Source: Eledone cirrhosa (Eukaryota). Taken from it: a DNA stretch of 64,000 nucleotides. Position numbers and translations under genes: made by a program. The notes beneath the pieces were generated by a model. It was not told the origin of the DNA and did not search any database. It saw only the letters and a list, made by a program, of their open reading frames with translations. Below, piece by piece: positions 1-12,272 of the stretch (position 1 is its first letter; each line of letters opens with the position of its first letter). The DNA is taken from assembly GCA_964016885.1 (NCBI GenBank), contig OZ024741.1, positions 99,448,001 to 99,512,000 of the forward strand. The letters run 5' to 3'.

Positions 1-387
1 GCTTGGACACGACGATGAGAGGTCGAGGATTCCATGAAAGTGTGGATGGTCGAAAACGTTTGGTAATCCCTGTCCTAACGGGTCCAACTAAGAATCACGG
101 CTCAATAATAGACACAGGTTACTCAGAGATTAACACAAATCTACAGCACTAACATTAGAAAGAACTGAAAACTGTTTTCTTTTCAAAAATCATTCCCAAG
201 TAAAACGCTTAAATAAAACTTGAAATACCTATATAAATGTATTACCCTTTTCTCTTGTTACAGAAGATCTGTTTTGTTTGACAAACAGGGTCCCAACTTA
301 TTTTCAATTTTTACACATGTAGTTTTTTTGCATGCTGTTTACGAAAATCACGAGAATTTTTTTTTTTTTTTTTGAGAAATTAATAAT

Positions 388-607
388 GGTTTCTGATTTA
401 GGCACAAAGCCAACCATCTTTTTTTTTGGGGGGGGGGGGGGGGTCGATTAAATCGACCCCAGAGCGTTCTTTATTTTATCGACCCCGTAAGGATGAAAAG
501 CAAAGCTAACCTCAGCAGGATTGAAACTCAGAGCGGTAAAGAGCCGCAACTCTATACTGCAAAGCATGTTGTCCGACACTCTACCGATACTACCAATTCA
601 CCGCCCC
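388..607 (-). mobile_element. tRNA-derived SINE (family A, MetaSINE-like central domain)
   Basis: The reverse complement begins GGGGCGGTGAATTGG, has a B-box-like GAGTTTCAATCC and the core CTTTCATCCTTACGGGGTCGATAAAATAAG. It is flanked by the duplicated site TTTTTGAGAAATTAATAAT (369-387 / 608-626). Confidence 0.85.
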
Positions 608-1579
608 TTTTTGAGAAATTAATAATAAAAAAAAAGCTACAATATTTTAAAAATTGAATTTTCAAAGCATTTTTAGCCAATTAGATCTAACCAACCACAA
701 AACGACGGATAAATCACCTGCATAATGATATCAAAAATGTTATATATCATTTCATTCTTTCATTACAAGGACGGTGGAAGCATTTCTTAATTGTGGTGGG
801 GGTGGGGCGAATTTGGTCAATTTAGTTGTTGTCATTAGTTTACCTCTTTCCACGCTGAAATGATCAGAAAACTTCGATATACGATAAACATAACGTGTAC
901 ATAAATTGTAGCGCATATCCAAATAGATGGGTGTTTTGGTAGTTTGGGAACCCCAGTTCCACCGCCATTGCAATAGGCTAATCAGTTTGGTTAAATAGTG
1001 TAAAGTAAATAGATCTCCGTCGGTTTCGACGATGACTTGTACCGCTAGTTCCAATAACTTGTTGAAAAAGTGACTGAGTATTCCACATACATGTTTGATT
1101 GTAACATAACTTTTAATGAGAATCAGCGTGATGTAGTAATATGGGTGGACATTTGAAGCTAAACAATACATTCTCTCTGGCACACACATTCACACACATA
1201 CGGATTGTTGCACACATGAACACATGTCTCGTACACACACACACAAAGACACATTTACTTTTACGTTCACACGCCGTATGCACTCACATTTCCCACGCAC
1301 ACGTATATGATGAATGGCCATGTAAAGTCTACGCTAGCTATTCTTCTGTCCAATGTTCCTGTCACCAACTTCCACCACTACCTCTATATACCCACAACAC
1401 TAGACCCCATTCTGTGTTAACCCACCCACATTATTATCCACCATGTATCATCGATAACACTTCATCACATTTTTTATGTGTATATTGAGACATTTTTCAA
1501 TGTTTTTGTTTTTAATTTCCTCCAACCAAACAACAGCACCAACATCACATCGCCGTCATCATTAGTACTCCCGCCAAAA

Positions 1580-1775
1580 AGGCAGTGGTTTGGCAGAGTC
1601 GTTAGAGCATCGGACAAAATGCTCTGTAGCATTTAGTTACGGTACATTAGGTGCTGAATTCAAATCCCGCTAGGATCAACTTTACCTTTCATTCTTCCGC
1701 GGACAATAAAATAAAGTACCAGTAAAGTACTCGAGTCCATTTAACCGACTTTCTCCTCCCCCAAAATTACTGACT
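1580..1775 (+). mobile_element. SINE family A copy
   Basis: GGCAGTGGTTTGGCAGAG head, TTCAAATCCCGC box, CTTTCATTCTT...AAATAAAGTACCAG core. Confidence 0.75.
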
Positions 1776-2040
1776 TTAATTGTATTTTTGTATTGTATAG
1801 TCCCGTAACTCTAGAGTCGTAGGGGCGCCGTATTGACATACGGCGATTCTTGGGCATCTTAAGCCTGGCGGAGCCCATCCCTCCAGGCCTGAGTACAGCA
1901 GATTTCTTCCAGAGAAAGATAGAAAGTGAGAGAGAGGAAATGAGGAAGAATCCACCCCAGTAGTAGACTGGTACTTTTTTTTATCGACCTCGGCAGGATT
2001 TGAACTCAGAGAACAGAGAGTCGGAACGAATACCATAAAG

Positions 2041-2227
2041 CAGGCATGTCAAACTGAGGGTCTCCCGAGGGCCACATGGGTCACATATGTATTGTCTGAG
2101 GGCCACATACAACAACTAATTGCGCACATTACAACTCATTTTACGAAGATAAAACATGCTCGTGCTGTAAAAACCTTTGTGCGGAACGCAGGTGTGCTTG
2201 TAAAAGGCCGCATGTTTGACATGACTG
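2041..2227. mobile_element. hAT-superfamily MITE inserted in a SINE A copy
   Basis: TIRs CAGGCATGTCAAAC / GTTTGACATGACTG; perfect 8-bp TSD CCATAAAG (2033-2040, 2228-2235). Confidence 0.9.
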
Positions 2228-2545
2228 CCATAAAGCATTCTATCCGACGTTCTAACGACTCCAATTCGCCGCCTTACTGGCCTTATGCTAGAAATAGTTA
2301 TTACCACCGCCATAACCACAACTACTACTACCAACACCGGTACCCCACCAACGTCATCGCCAGCAAGAACAGCCGCTATCTTATTGTGGTTCTTACTCAT
2401 TGTGCTAACAAGCTATCCAATTATTTAAAATCTGCAATTTTCTGCATCCCCCACAAACTTCAAATTTCAAACAAATAAGGACCACTGACGAACATTGTGT
2501 GTGTGTGTATGTGCGTGTGTGTGTAATAGGGAGAGAGAGAGGATA

Positions 2546-2624
<79 letters not shown>

Positions 2625-3515
2625 TGTGCGCGTCTTAGCTATATGCTGGAAGAACAATACTTACTTATATCAATGCTGAAATTAAACATGTTGGAATTCC
2701 ATCGGTTGTAACGATAAGAGTTCAAGTTGTTTGAATAACAGGACAGACTGCTAGTGAAATTAACGGATGTTAAATGACGATGACAACGAGATGGAGTTAG
2801 GAGTGATTATGATATCTTGAAATATTTAGAATGCGAGACTATTTGGATATATAGTATATGTAGACACTTCACGTAGAGCGCTAACGGTATTTTTGCGTTT
2901 GTTCTTTTTTTACACACATAAGCCAACTTATGTGGATTTGCTTCGCTCAGGCTGTCGCATGTGACTGGGCGTGCCACAGTCACATCTACCCTTCATTCAG
3001 AGTGTAATTGGCCATTTGAATTACAAGTACAGTCAATCCGATGTGCTTCCAAACAGCTTCCATTAACCCAATTTGACTCACAAAGCATGGTTTGACACGA
3101 GGCTACGATAAGTGATACTTGCCAAAAATGCCGCGTGGTGAGATCGAACCCAGAACCTAATGATTGTGAAGCGAACTCGTGTGTATATGTTAGTGTGAGT
3201 ATAAACATCTAGAAAATTAAAGTGTGACGATGGGCTCAAGACACTCCCGCTAGCACTACCCTAACTACCACCATCCCAGTCTCCCAAAAATGATTTATGA
3301 GGAAAGCAGACGATAGGGTGAAGAAAGAGGAAGAGGTTAACGGGAAGAGGAGGAGAAGGATTTATAGTTTAAGTGTTCGGAAGATAAGCTAAACAATCAG
3401 GGGGGGGGGTAGTATGGGTGGTGGTCGTCGTTGTAGCAGTACTTGTAATAGTAGTAGAAGTGGGGGAGGTGCTGGTAGCTGTGATGGTGGTGGTCAATTT
3501 GAGATAGGCAGAGTA

Positions 3516-3558
<43 letters not shown>

Positions 3559-3664
3559 GGAAAATTTAAACAGGAACAAAACAGAGAGGCAGTACAACGA
3601 ATGTTTATTAATTTCACGCTCTTGAGAGTGGGGTGGTGATATATATATATGTATGTATTTTTTC

Positions 3665-3840
3665 TCATGAGTCAGTTCTTTCGTTGCTACGGACCCCGCG
3701 GCTGAATTACCGGTCGCTGTCTTCATTATGCAAAGCCCTTTAAACTGTATGTTATTACTCTGAGGTTTTACACCTTGTTGAGTGCTTAGCAGCACTACTG
3801 AAAGCATTCGTTGGCTTAGCTGAGGCTCTGGCTTCGAATA
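3665..3840 (-). repeat. Unclassified ~180-bp dispersed repeat between (TA)n tracts (second copy 45700-45885, + strand)
   Basis: Both copies share blocks GCTAAGCACTCAA, GCTTTGCA, ACAGCGACCG and TAGCAACGAAA in the same order. Confidence 0.65.
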
Positions 3841-3859
3841 TGCTGTACTTCCATTTGTG

Positions 3860-3914
<55 letters not shown>

Positions 3915-3956
3915 TACTGTATATATATATATATATATACTACTATATATATACTA

Positions 3957-4050
<94 letters not shown>

Positions 4051-4051
4051 C

Positions 4052-4189
4052 TATAGGAGAAAGTATGACTCCGACGGCAGAGCTCAAGCTGTTTCGACGG
4101 CTATTTCTGGACTAAAGTAAGAGTTTTTAGTCCAGAAATAGCTGTCGAAAAGGCTTGAGCTCTGCCGTCGGGGTCATACTTTCTCCTAT
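4052..4189. repeat. Fold-back (inverted repeat) element, ~63-bp arms, in a (TA)n tract
   Basis: ATAGGAGAAAGTATGACTCCGACGGCAGAGCTCAAGC...CTGGACTAAA, a short loop, then the near-perfect reverse complement ending TCATACTTTCTCCTAT. Confidence 0.9.
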
Positions 4190-4280
4190 TACCCACTCTA
4201 CTACCCTAAGTATTGAGTACTCTGGTGCGTTATGGTCCATCTGGTTCCTTACCACTCCGTATACTACTATATATATATAC

Positions 4281-4340
<60 letters not shown>

Positions 4341-4497
4341 TGCACATATATATATATAATAATAATTGTTTCTACTTTTGGCACAAGGCCAGCAATTAAA
4401 TCAGTACATTACTGGTACTTTATTTTATCGACCCCGTAAGGATGAAAGGCAAAGTTAAATAATAATGATACTATTTATAGTTATGTATATACTATAC

Positions 4498-5195
4498 TAT
4501 AAACAACAATAAACAGGAAAAGTCAGTAATTTATTACTACCTTATTACCAGTAAGAGAAATAGCTCAATGTAAGAATATCAGGTGTTTTACAGAGCAGGA
4601 ATAACTAAAAACATTCAATACAAACATTAACTAAAATATAACTTAACATATGTAATGGATGGGAAATCAGTAACTTTCATATTCTACACACATACAAATT
4701 TGAACTCTACAGAAACTATCTTTGCATTACATCCTCCATAATAGGCTAACATATTCGCTTAAAGTGCTTGTATTTTATGTAATACCTTGCCATACAGTAT
4801 TCATATATACCTTTGCTTGTTTCCTTCTCATATATATGACTAATGCATGTGCATTCTCTACACTCTTGAATATGTACTTCATTCTCTTTAATTATTAGAC
4901 TATTCTCTTGTATTATCTGTCGCATGTATTCCACTCTGTGCTTTTAATTTTAATTTTAATTTTAATTATTGTACAATTCTCGTATAATATATGTCGCATC
5001 CATTCCACACTGTAAATACTAAACTGTTGTTCACAACATCAATATATATGTATCTATATGATTGTTCAGTTGAATAGGAGGTTAATTATATGTACAAACA
5101 TTGATAATGCTCCGATGATACCAAACTAAAGTTTGGAAGAAACAATTGTCAGCGATTAAATGATTTGAACATAACTTTGATACTTGTGTAATTTA
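4498..5195. mobile_element. Non-autonomous hammerhead-bearing element (homologous to 26050-27068)
   Basis: 4900-5195 matches 26675-26962. 4498-4600 is the reverse complement of 26963-27068. Carries the ribozyme motif at 5105-5158. Confidence 0.75.
5105..5158 (+). ncRNA. Minimal type-I hammerhead ribozyme motif (U4C core variant)
   Basis: taatGCT-CCGATGA-taCCAAAC taaa GTTTGGaa-GAAA-CAATTG-TC-AGCgatta: helix I, core, helix II hairpin, GAAA, palindromic helix III and a GUC cleavage triplet. Confidence 0.75.
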
Positions 5196-5664
5196 TATAT
5201 ATATATATGTGTGTGTGTGTGAAGCGTTTGGATGTAGAGTGGTGGTAGTGACTGTGGTGGTGGCGGTGTGAACGGTGGTGTTGGTAGTGGTTTTGAAAGT
5301 TGGGGCGTTAAGAAACGGGTTAAAGTTTGCTTTCAAAGATGAGAAATAGGGTGAAAAAATGAGAGGCGAAGAGCTGAATAAACGTCATGGGTCTTTCATC
5401 GGTTTCGATGATGAACATTCAGTTGTTTAATTCAATGAACGTCCGACTCGTGAACTAAAATGTGGTTGAGTATTCCATATACACGCATACCATCAACGAA
5501 AAATATGATACAGTAAACAACAACAACAAATATTAAATGCATTGCAGCACAAAATATCCAGTAGTAAAAAAAAAAGAAATAAATAAACAGTACACCGTAC
5601 GTGGCAATAAGAAAATGGGGAAAAAAAGAGGTAATTAAGCAACGAAAGAAAGGAAAAGAAGAAG

Positions 5665-5810
5665 GTGTGACAGGCTCTACACCTCAGTATTTCAGCTGCC
5701 CTGCGCTGATAAGATGGTAAAGATATTGCTGCTGAGAATGGCCAGTGACACCCGCTGTATCAGCCACTCACCTCACGGGGCTCCTTCCTCAAGCGGCCTG
5801 CTGCCTTTCT
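5665..5810 (-). mobile_element. 3' fragment of a CRE-like (RLE-encoding) non-LTR retrotransposon
   Basis: The minus strand encodes EWLIQRVSLAILSSNIFTIL, resembling the C-terminal QRxSxAxxxGN motif; homologous to 41560-41750. Confidence 0.55.
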
Positions 5811-6303
5811 AAAACAACAGTAACAACAGTAAAATCTAGTCCCTTGTATTTATAACATAAGGATGTTACCATAAATGTTAAGACGAACGGAACATTTAAA
5901 AACAATAACTGTCCTTGATATACAGCAAGACGGGAGGTAAAACTCATCGTTGGGCTGGAGGTGGAGAGGAGTAGTGAGGCGCTATGTAATTGATGAGCGT
6001 TCTATTGCTTTGTACTATTGACATCAGATTTGCCTAGAGGTGGGAGCCTAGAAGCATTGTAAAGAAACGAAGAAAGAGAGAGAGAGAAAAAGAAAGAAAC
6101 GAAGATAGAAAGAAAGAAAACAAACACGAAAAAGAAAGATGCCAATCGTCAGATGGGACCAAGGTAACCATATTTCCTCTGGTCTTTCTATTGCTGATAT
6201 TATCTGCCGGTCGCAACTCTGAGCAGAAGCATCACTGCTTTTCCGTTCACAGTAGGCAGGATTTAAATTCAGAATGCACAGAACCGGAACAGATACCGTA
6301 AAG

Positions 6304-6659
6304 CAGAACTTCTCAAACTTGTTTAGCCACCCCCACCCCCACCCCCTCATGGTCACGTAATACCTTCAACGCCCCCGCCCCCCTCACCCCTATTTCCAGA
6401 GAAACCTGCCTTCATGCAAATTGTAAATAATATATAATAAATAAAATCATTAATTCATATATAATAAATAATTTAATATATACTAAGTATAAATGAATAT
6501 ATATTTTTTTATTTTACTATAGTTATATATATGAATCATTTGATATTTAAAATACTATTATATCATCTCTACCGAACCCCCCCCCCACCGTCCCCTTTAG
6601 GCCCCAGTGCTCCCCAGGACCTTCTCAACGGGGGGTAGCGCCCACTTTGAGAACCTCTG
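6304..6659. mobile_element. hAT MITE inserted in a SINE A copy
   Basis: TIRs CAGAACTTCTCAAA / TTTGAGAACCTCTG; TSD CCGTAAAG / CCGAAAAG (7 of 8). Same family as 16319-17471. Confidence 0.85.
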
Positions 6660-6790
6660 CCGAAAAGCAACCCTTCCGACGTTCTAACATTTCCGCTAAA
6701 TTGACACTTTGCTTATCGACCCCCGAAAGGATGAGAGGCAAAGCTGACAAGAGCCAGACTGCCAGAACAAATACTGCGAATCATTTAAAC

Positions 6791-7098
6791 CAGGGGCGTG
6801 CAACAGGCGGCCCGTGGGCCACAATCTGGTCCGCCAGACCAGTCAGAGTGGGCCGCGATGACCGTTTTTAATTTTTAACTTGTAGGCTTATTTAGAATTT
6901 TTTTCGTAACTGTAATACAATTTTCTGTTAGTTGACCTATACTAAAGGGCTTCACTGATAAGCTTATGTGCGTTAGAATTTCCCAGTTCCATGTTATGGA
7001 AAGAGATGGTGAATCATTGGAATAGTGCTTATTAAATAGTAATGGCCCTAATAGTTGTTCAAAAGTGGCCTGCCAATGGAATATGTTGCACACCTCTT
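6791..7098. mobile_element. hAT MITE inserted in a SINE A copy
   Basis: TIRs CAGGGGCGTGCAAC / GTTGCACACCTCTT; perfect TSD ATTTAAAC (6783-6790, 7099-7106). Confidence 0.85.
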
Positions 7099-7327
7099 AT
7101 TTAAACTGACATTCTAGCGACACTGAAAATTCGCAGCCGTGTATATATGATCATGTCAGAGGGAGCGCATTGGTATTGAAGCTACAACCTCGTAGTTATG
7201 AAGTGTTGAAAGGAAAAGTAAAGTTGACGAACACCGAGATATAAACCCAGAACCTGTTTAGCTATTTACTCTGACACATTACCATTGCTTCCACGTCACC
7301 GTCCTTCTTAATATTCCAACAATATAA

Positions 7328-7765
<438 letters not shown>

Positions 7766-8386
7766 CAAAAAGAATAAGAGGACGTTATATGACAAGCAAA
7801 AGAAAGAGTCATTAAGCTGTAGCTTGACTTGCTAGAAATAGTAAACAAACTTTCAAATTACATCTTTTCTTTAAAAACAAAGTTGGGTTAGATATACAAA
7901 CTGGAGTAGCCCCGAATAAAATGTTATAAATAAAGATGGAATTGTCATGGCTGGAGTGGCAGTCGAACAGTGAAAGTTAGACACTCAGTAATAACATTAT
8001 ACAATGATAATGCAGATGTTTCCGGCTGTCAAAAATAGTCATTATATTAATACACCCCGTTGTCTTTAACTGGGTACATGATATAGGAGACATTTGCAGC
8101 CGCCTTTTGTTAAAATGGGAAATGTGTGTGTGTGTGTGTGGTGTATATATATGTATATATATATACCTATGTAATATATGTATGCTGTCTCTCTTAATTT
8201 TGAGTTTACTTTTGACCGCCTAACATCCCGGTAGCAAGGGTGTAACGAAAACAAAATTTTCATCGTCTCATGTGCAATCGTTTACCCTTTGAATCGTAAG
8301 AATGTTTTATAGAGTTTAAAGGTTCCCAGTTCAGTCATATTTTGGTCCAGGCGGATCTGTATATATCAGGTAGCTCCAATAATAAT

Positions 8387-8448
8387 TGTTTCTACTTTTG
8401 GCACAAGGCCAGCAATTATCCCAGTGCATTACTGGTACTTTATTTATT
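8387..8448 (-). mobile_element. 5'-truncated SINE A insertion with 18-bp TSD
   Basis: TSD GGTAGCTCCAATAATAAT at 8369-8386 and 8449-8466. Confidence 0.9.
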
Positions 8449-8887
8449 GGTAGCTCCAATAATAATAGGTATGAAACTGAACGGTACTAAATCTGCAAGC
8501 TCCTCATCAATGGTTCGAGTGTGTTTGTGAGTGTGTGTTTGTGAGTGTGTGTGTGTGAGATAGATAGATAGATAGAGAGAGAGGGGTGGGGCAAATAACT
8601 ATAATTGTGTATTCTATGATAGAAGGAAAAGTATGATATAAAATAGCCGAGATTTCCATGCCATATTTGGCAAGGATGCTTCTGTTGTCTAAACGCAACA
8701 TAACTACTATATTTTATGCAATTTCCTTTCGATAGAGTTGTTTCGGAATCTTTAACACGGCCGCACTGTTATTTTCACTTCGTAGTCTCTATATATTTGG
8801 TGCGGGTGTTGACGTCATGGTGAAATATAATTGTATTTGGGGCAATTTTGTTTTAGGGAAATACTACGCCAGAGAACAAACATTCAT

Positions 8888-9260
8888 GTGGATTGGCAGT
8901 ATCGGTAGAGGATTGGACACCATGCTTTGCAGCATCGAGTTACCTCCCTTTGTGGTCTAAGTTCAAATCCTGCCGAGGTTAACTTTGCATTTCATCCTTA
9001 CGGGGGTCGATAGAATAAAGTAACAGTAATGCACTGGATTAATTGTTGGCCTTGTGCCAAAAAGTAGAAAAATTATTATATTCATCATCGAAATTTGAAC
9101 CCGGTTACGACCCTTTACGTTCTGAGTTCAAAACCCGCCGAGTTTAATTTTGCCTTTCATCCATACGAGGTCGATAAAATAAAGTACCAGTAACGCACTG
9201 GGCTGATTTAATCGGCTTTCCCCTGTTGGTTTTGTACCTGAGTCAGAAACTATTTTTATA
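8888..9260 (+). mobile_element. Two tandem SINE A copies
   Basis: Two copies of the GTTCAAA...TTTCATCC...GTCGATA(G/A)AATAAAGTA core. Confidence 0.8.
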
Positions 9261-10759
9261 TTCATCATTACAATTTTTACTACGTAGAAATCTGAGTAGA
9301 AATATGCTTCGTGTAATTTTATTGTAAGGAACTTCTATATCTTGACACATTTATTTTATAGTCTTTGTATATTTGATAAGGTTTATGTTTGAATCACAAC
9401 AATTGCATTTTGTACATTTTTTTCTCCTGATTTGCTGCATCTCTGCAGGCTCCTTTCTATATTCTCTTTATTGATTCTTTTTGTATTTGGATGTCATACT
9501 CAAATATAATTATATTTTTGTCTAATTAATTTTGAGTAATTAACCCTTCAAATACTAACCCACCCTAACGGCGTCCGTTTCTATGTAACAAAACAGCCCA
9601 TTTTAAAAAGCTTCCACTATAATTGTATATGAGAACCTCTTGTTAAGTTATATTACAAATACCATCTGGATAATGAAATAATTGATCATTTTAGTAAGCC
9701 TCTCAAAATTCTTAATCAATTAATTGATTAGAATACAATTGCTTTTCATAAAAAGCTTGATGTATCTTTCTAGAGTCCTTTCCAACACTAATACACATGC
9801 ACTATGATATCAACTTCGTCATCTATTTATTTATTAGTATGAGTAATGTACTGGGATAATTGCTGGCCTTGTGCCAAAAGTAGAAACAATTATTACGTCT
9901 TGGTTAAGTCACTTTACTTCACTTTGGAGTCTTTAAATCTCATATATGATTATATAATATCTAATGCTTCTTTTAAAAATGCTTTAAGCGTATCAAAGTC
10001 TTCCTCAGAAGTCTTAAAAGTATCAAATTACTTTTATTCTAGTCACTGTATTTACTGTTATGGGTGAAATTTAAAATCACGGTAGGTGTTTGAGCGTGAT
10101 AAATGTTTGGTGAATATTTGGTTTTATAGTAATATAAATGAGGCTTATAGTAATATAAATGAGGTTAAATTTCGGTAGCTCCAAATCGTATTTTATCGTG
10201 TTAAATTATATTTTATAGATTCATTGGATATGGTAGAGTCAACCATAAGTTCAAATGGTATTTAATAATGTCAAGTTGTTTTTGAGTTCTTAAATAGTAC
10301 ACTTAATAATACACTTAAATTGTATTGGATGGCGTTAATTTACATTTGATTACCTTAAATGGTAATCAGCACTAACAAATAAGATTTGATGCGCTTAAAT
10401 GATACTACAAGTGATCAATAGTATTTCATGGCGTTAAATAATGTCATTATATTGAATGGTGTATTTTTTTACTGTTCCATGCTATAGTAAACATCTCTGG
10501 TTTCTTGGACTACTTTTGTAGCATACTAGATGAGAAAGTTTTGCTTGCTCCTCGATAAATTCTGCTCCATTTCTGAAAGGAAACAGACACGGCAAATGGT
10601 TCATCTGCGATCCTCTCACAGTGCAATGCATTTGATTCTGCGAGAGTAAGAAAGGGTGAAGAATAGAAGGAAAGGTGGGGAAATAAAAGGGGAGGATAGA
10701 GGAGGAGAATTGACCACTAAACTATTTTCAAGTATTGTAATAAATGCTAAGGATATATA

Positions 10760-11160
10760 TGTGTAGGCCCCATTGTCGCCCCAGCGGACAAAATGGAGAT
10801 AACGTTACTCCGGGTGATAGCGAGCAGGGTGTGTTGGAATAGCCATTCCAACTTGCGAGACTGCTCCTGCGGGTAGCCAACTTCGAGTAGGTATGTGACC
10901 CAGAGACTCGGGGACCAAGAACACTGGAAGTTACCACTGTTACAGGTTAGACTAGAAACCTATCGGAGAGTATCAGATGTTTCGATAGTTTGCCCTCTTC
11001 GCTCTGAAGAGCAGCGAAGCCTGGGTTAGCTGCAGCATCCCAAATGAGAGACATCATCGCGGAACGGAAAAAAATTGTTATGCTGTCTAGTCTTTTGCAG
11101 TCCCCTGGGTCCATCCCCACTGACACGAGCTGGGAAGGGAAGCCTGTGGCGTCGAAGACA
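10760..11160. repeat. GC-richer dispersed repeat, possibly a solo LTR (homologous to ~15900-16150 in opposite orientation)
   Basis: Shared blocks TCTCCGATAG, TTCCAGTGTTCTTGGTCCC, GTTGGAATGGCT and GTAACG. Begins TGTAGG and ends GACA; no convincing TSD. Confidence 0.5.
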
Positions 11161-11494
11161 TGCTATCATCTTATTTACTGAATGAAAGGTTGAACGGCAA
11201 AATTGACCTCGGAGGGATTTGAACTCAAAACTTTGATAAAAGTTAAATGTCCGACATTGTAATCAGAGATTGAGTTTCCAATAATGTCAAAGAGGTAAAA
11301 CAAATGTTGCAAACAGCAACTAATCTCAATGGTGTGTGGTGTTAAAGTAGCTACAAAAATCTGTTGTATTAGCATGGATTACCTCAATTATGCATAGATG
11401 TCAAACCTTGTTTAACCATTTATCCTTCTCGGCTTTCAGTACTTATTTAAATGAAATGTTATTATCCATCGCTTGTGTTGCCTTATTGGGAAAT

Positions 11495-11805
11495 TATGTA
11501 GCTTAGTGATTAAGGTGTTAGTCTCATAATCGTAAAGTCGTGAGATCGATTACCGAAACGGGTGATGCGTTGGATCTTTGATCAAGACATTTTATTTCAA
11601 GATACTCCAGTCAATTAACCTGGGGAAAATTGTTTACCTGTAATTCAGAGGGCCAGCATTGTCACACACTGTGTCAGACAGAATCTCCCTGAGAATTATA
11701 TTACGAGTGCACGTATTCAGCAACATGCACGTTAATTTTATCAATAGGCTGTTCTGTTGTTCGAACAACTGGAGAACGCATCGCTGAAATCGAAGGAAGT
11801 CCAGC
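11495..11805 (+). mobile_element. CORE-like SINE family B
   Basis: tRNA-like head, TTGATCAAGACATTTTATTTC core and GAATCTCCCTGAGAA body. Other copies at ~14540-14720(-), 19800-19960, 24863-25188, 25660-25930(-), 31310-31500, 51700-51945(-), 53660-53890(-), 55175-55305 and 56232-56480. Confidence 0.7.
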
Positions 11806-12050
11806 ACATACAAGTCGTAGTCATATTATTGGTGAATTGGATCCGAGTTCAAATCCCGCCGAGGTTGACTTTGCCTTTCATCCTTACGGGGTCGATAAAA
11901 TAAAGTACCAGTAATGTACTGGGTAATTGCTGGCCTTGTCCCTAAAATAGAAACAATTATTGTTTAGCCCCTAGTCAGCCCTGATTAAGTATATCTATGT
12001 TCAAAAGCATTCTAGTTATGACCATTCCGTGTTATTATAATTAACCAATG

Positions 12051-12272
12051 TAGGGCAGTGGATTGGCAGTATCGGTTGAGGGTCGGACGCTATGCTTTGC
12101 AGCATAGAATTACGGCCCTTTATGATCTGAGTTCAAATCCCGCCGAGGTTAACTTTGCCTTTCATCCTTACGGGGTCGATAACATAAAGTACCAGTTATG
12201 CACTGGGGTCGATTTAATCGACTTTCCCCTCCCCCAAAGTTGCTGGCCTTGTGCCTATATAAGAAACCATTA
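12051..12272 (+). mobile_element. Full-length SINE A copy
   Basis: Complete head, core and tail; TSD TTATAA(T/G)TAACCAATGTA. Further copies at ~4363-4458(-), 11845-11960, 14978-15185, 20298-20483, 38446-38665, 39810-40205, 43138-43283(-), 60745-61155(-) and 62440-62820(-). Confidence 0.85.

Noticed and set aside
9890-10650. Decayed coding-like minus-strand patches
   Set aside because: Multiple stops and no identifiable motif; probably a transposon interior.
11017-11045. CTGAAGA within a small hairpin
   Set aside because: No GAAA or helix III half.
12051-12150. tRNA genes suggested by GTTCAAATCC boxes
   Set aside because: These are SINE heads; no cloverleaf can be drawn.
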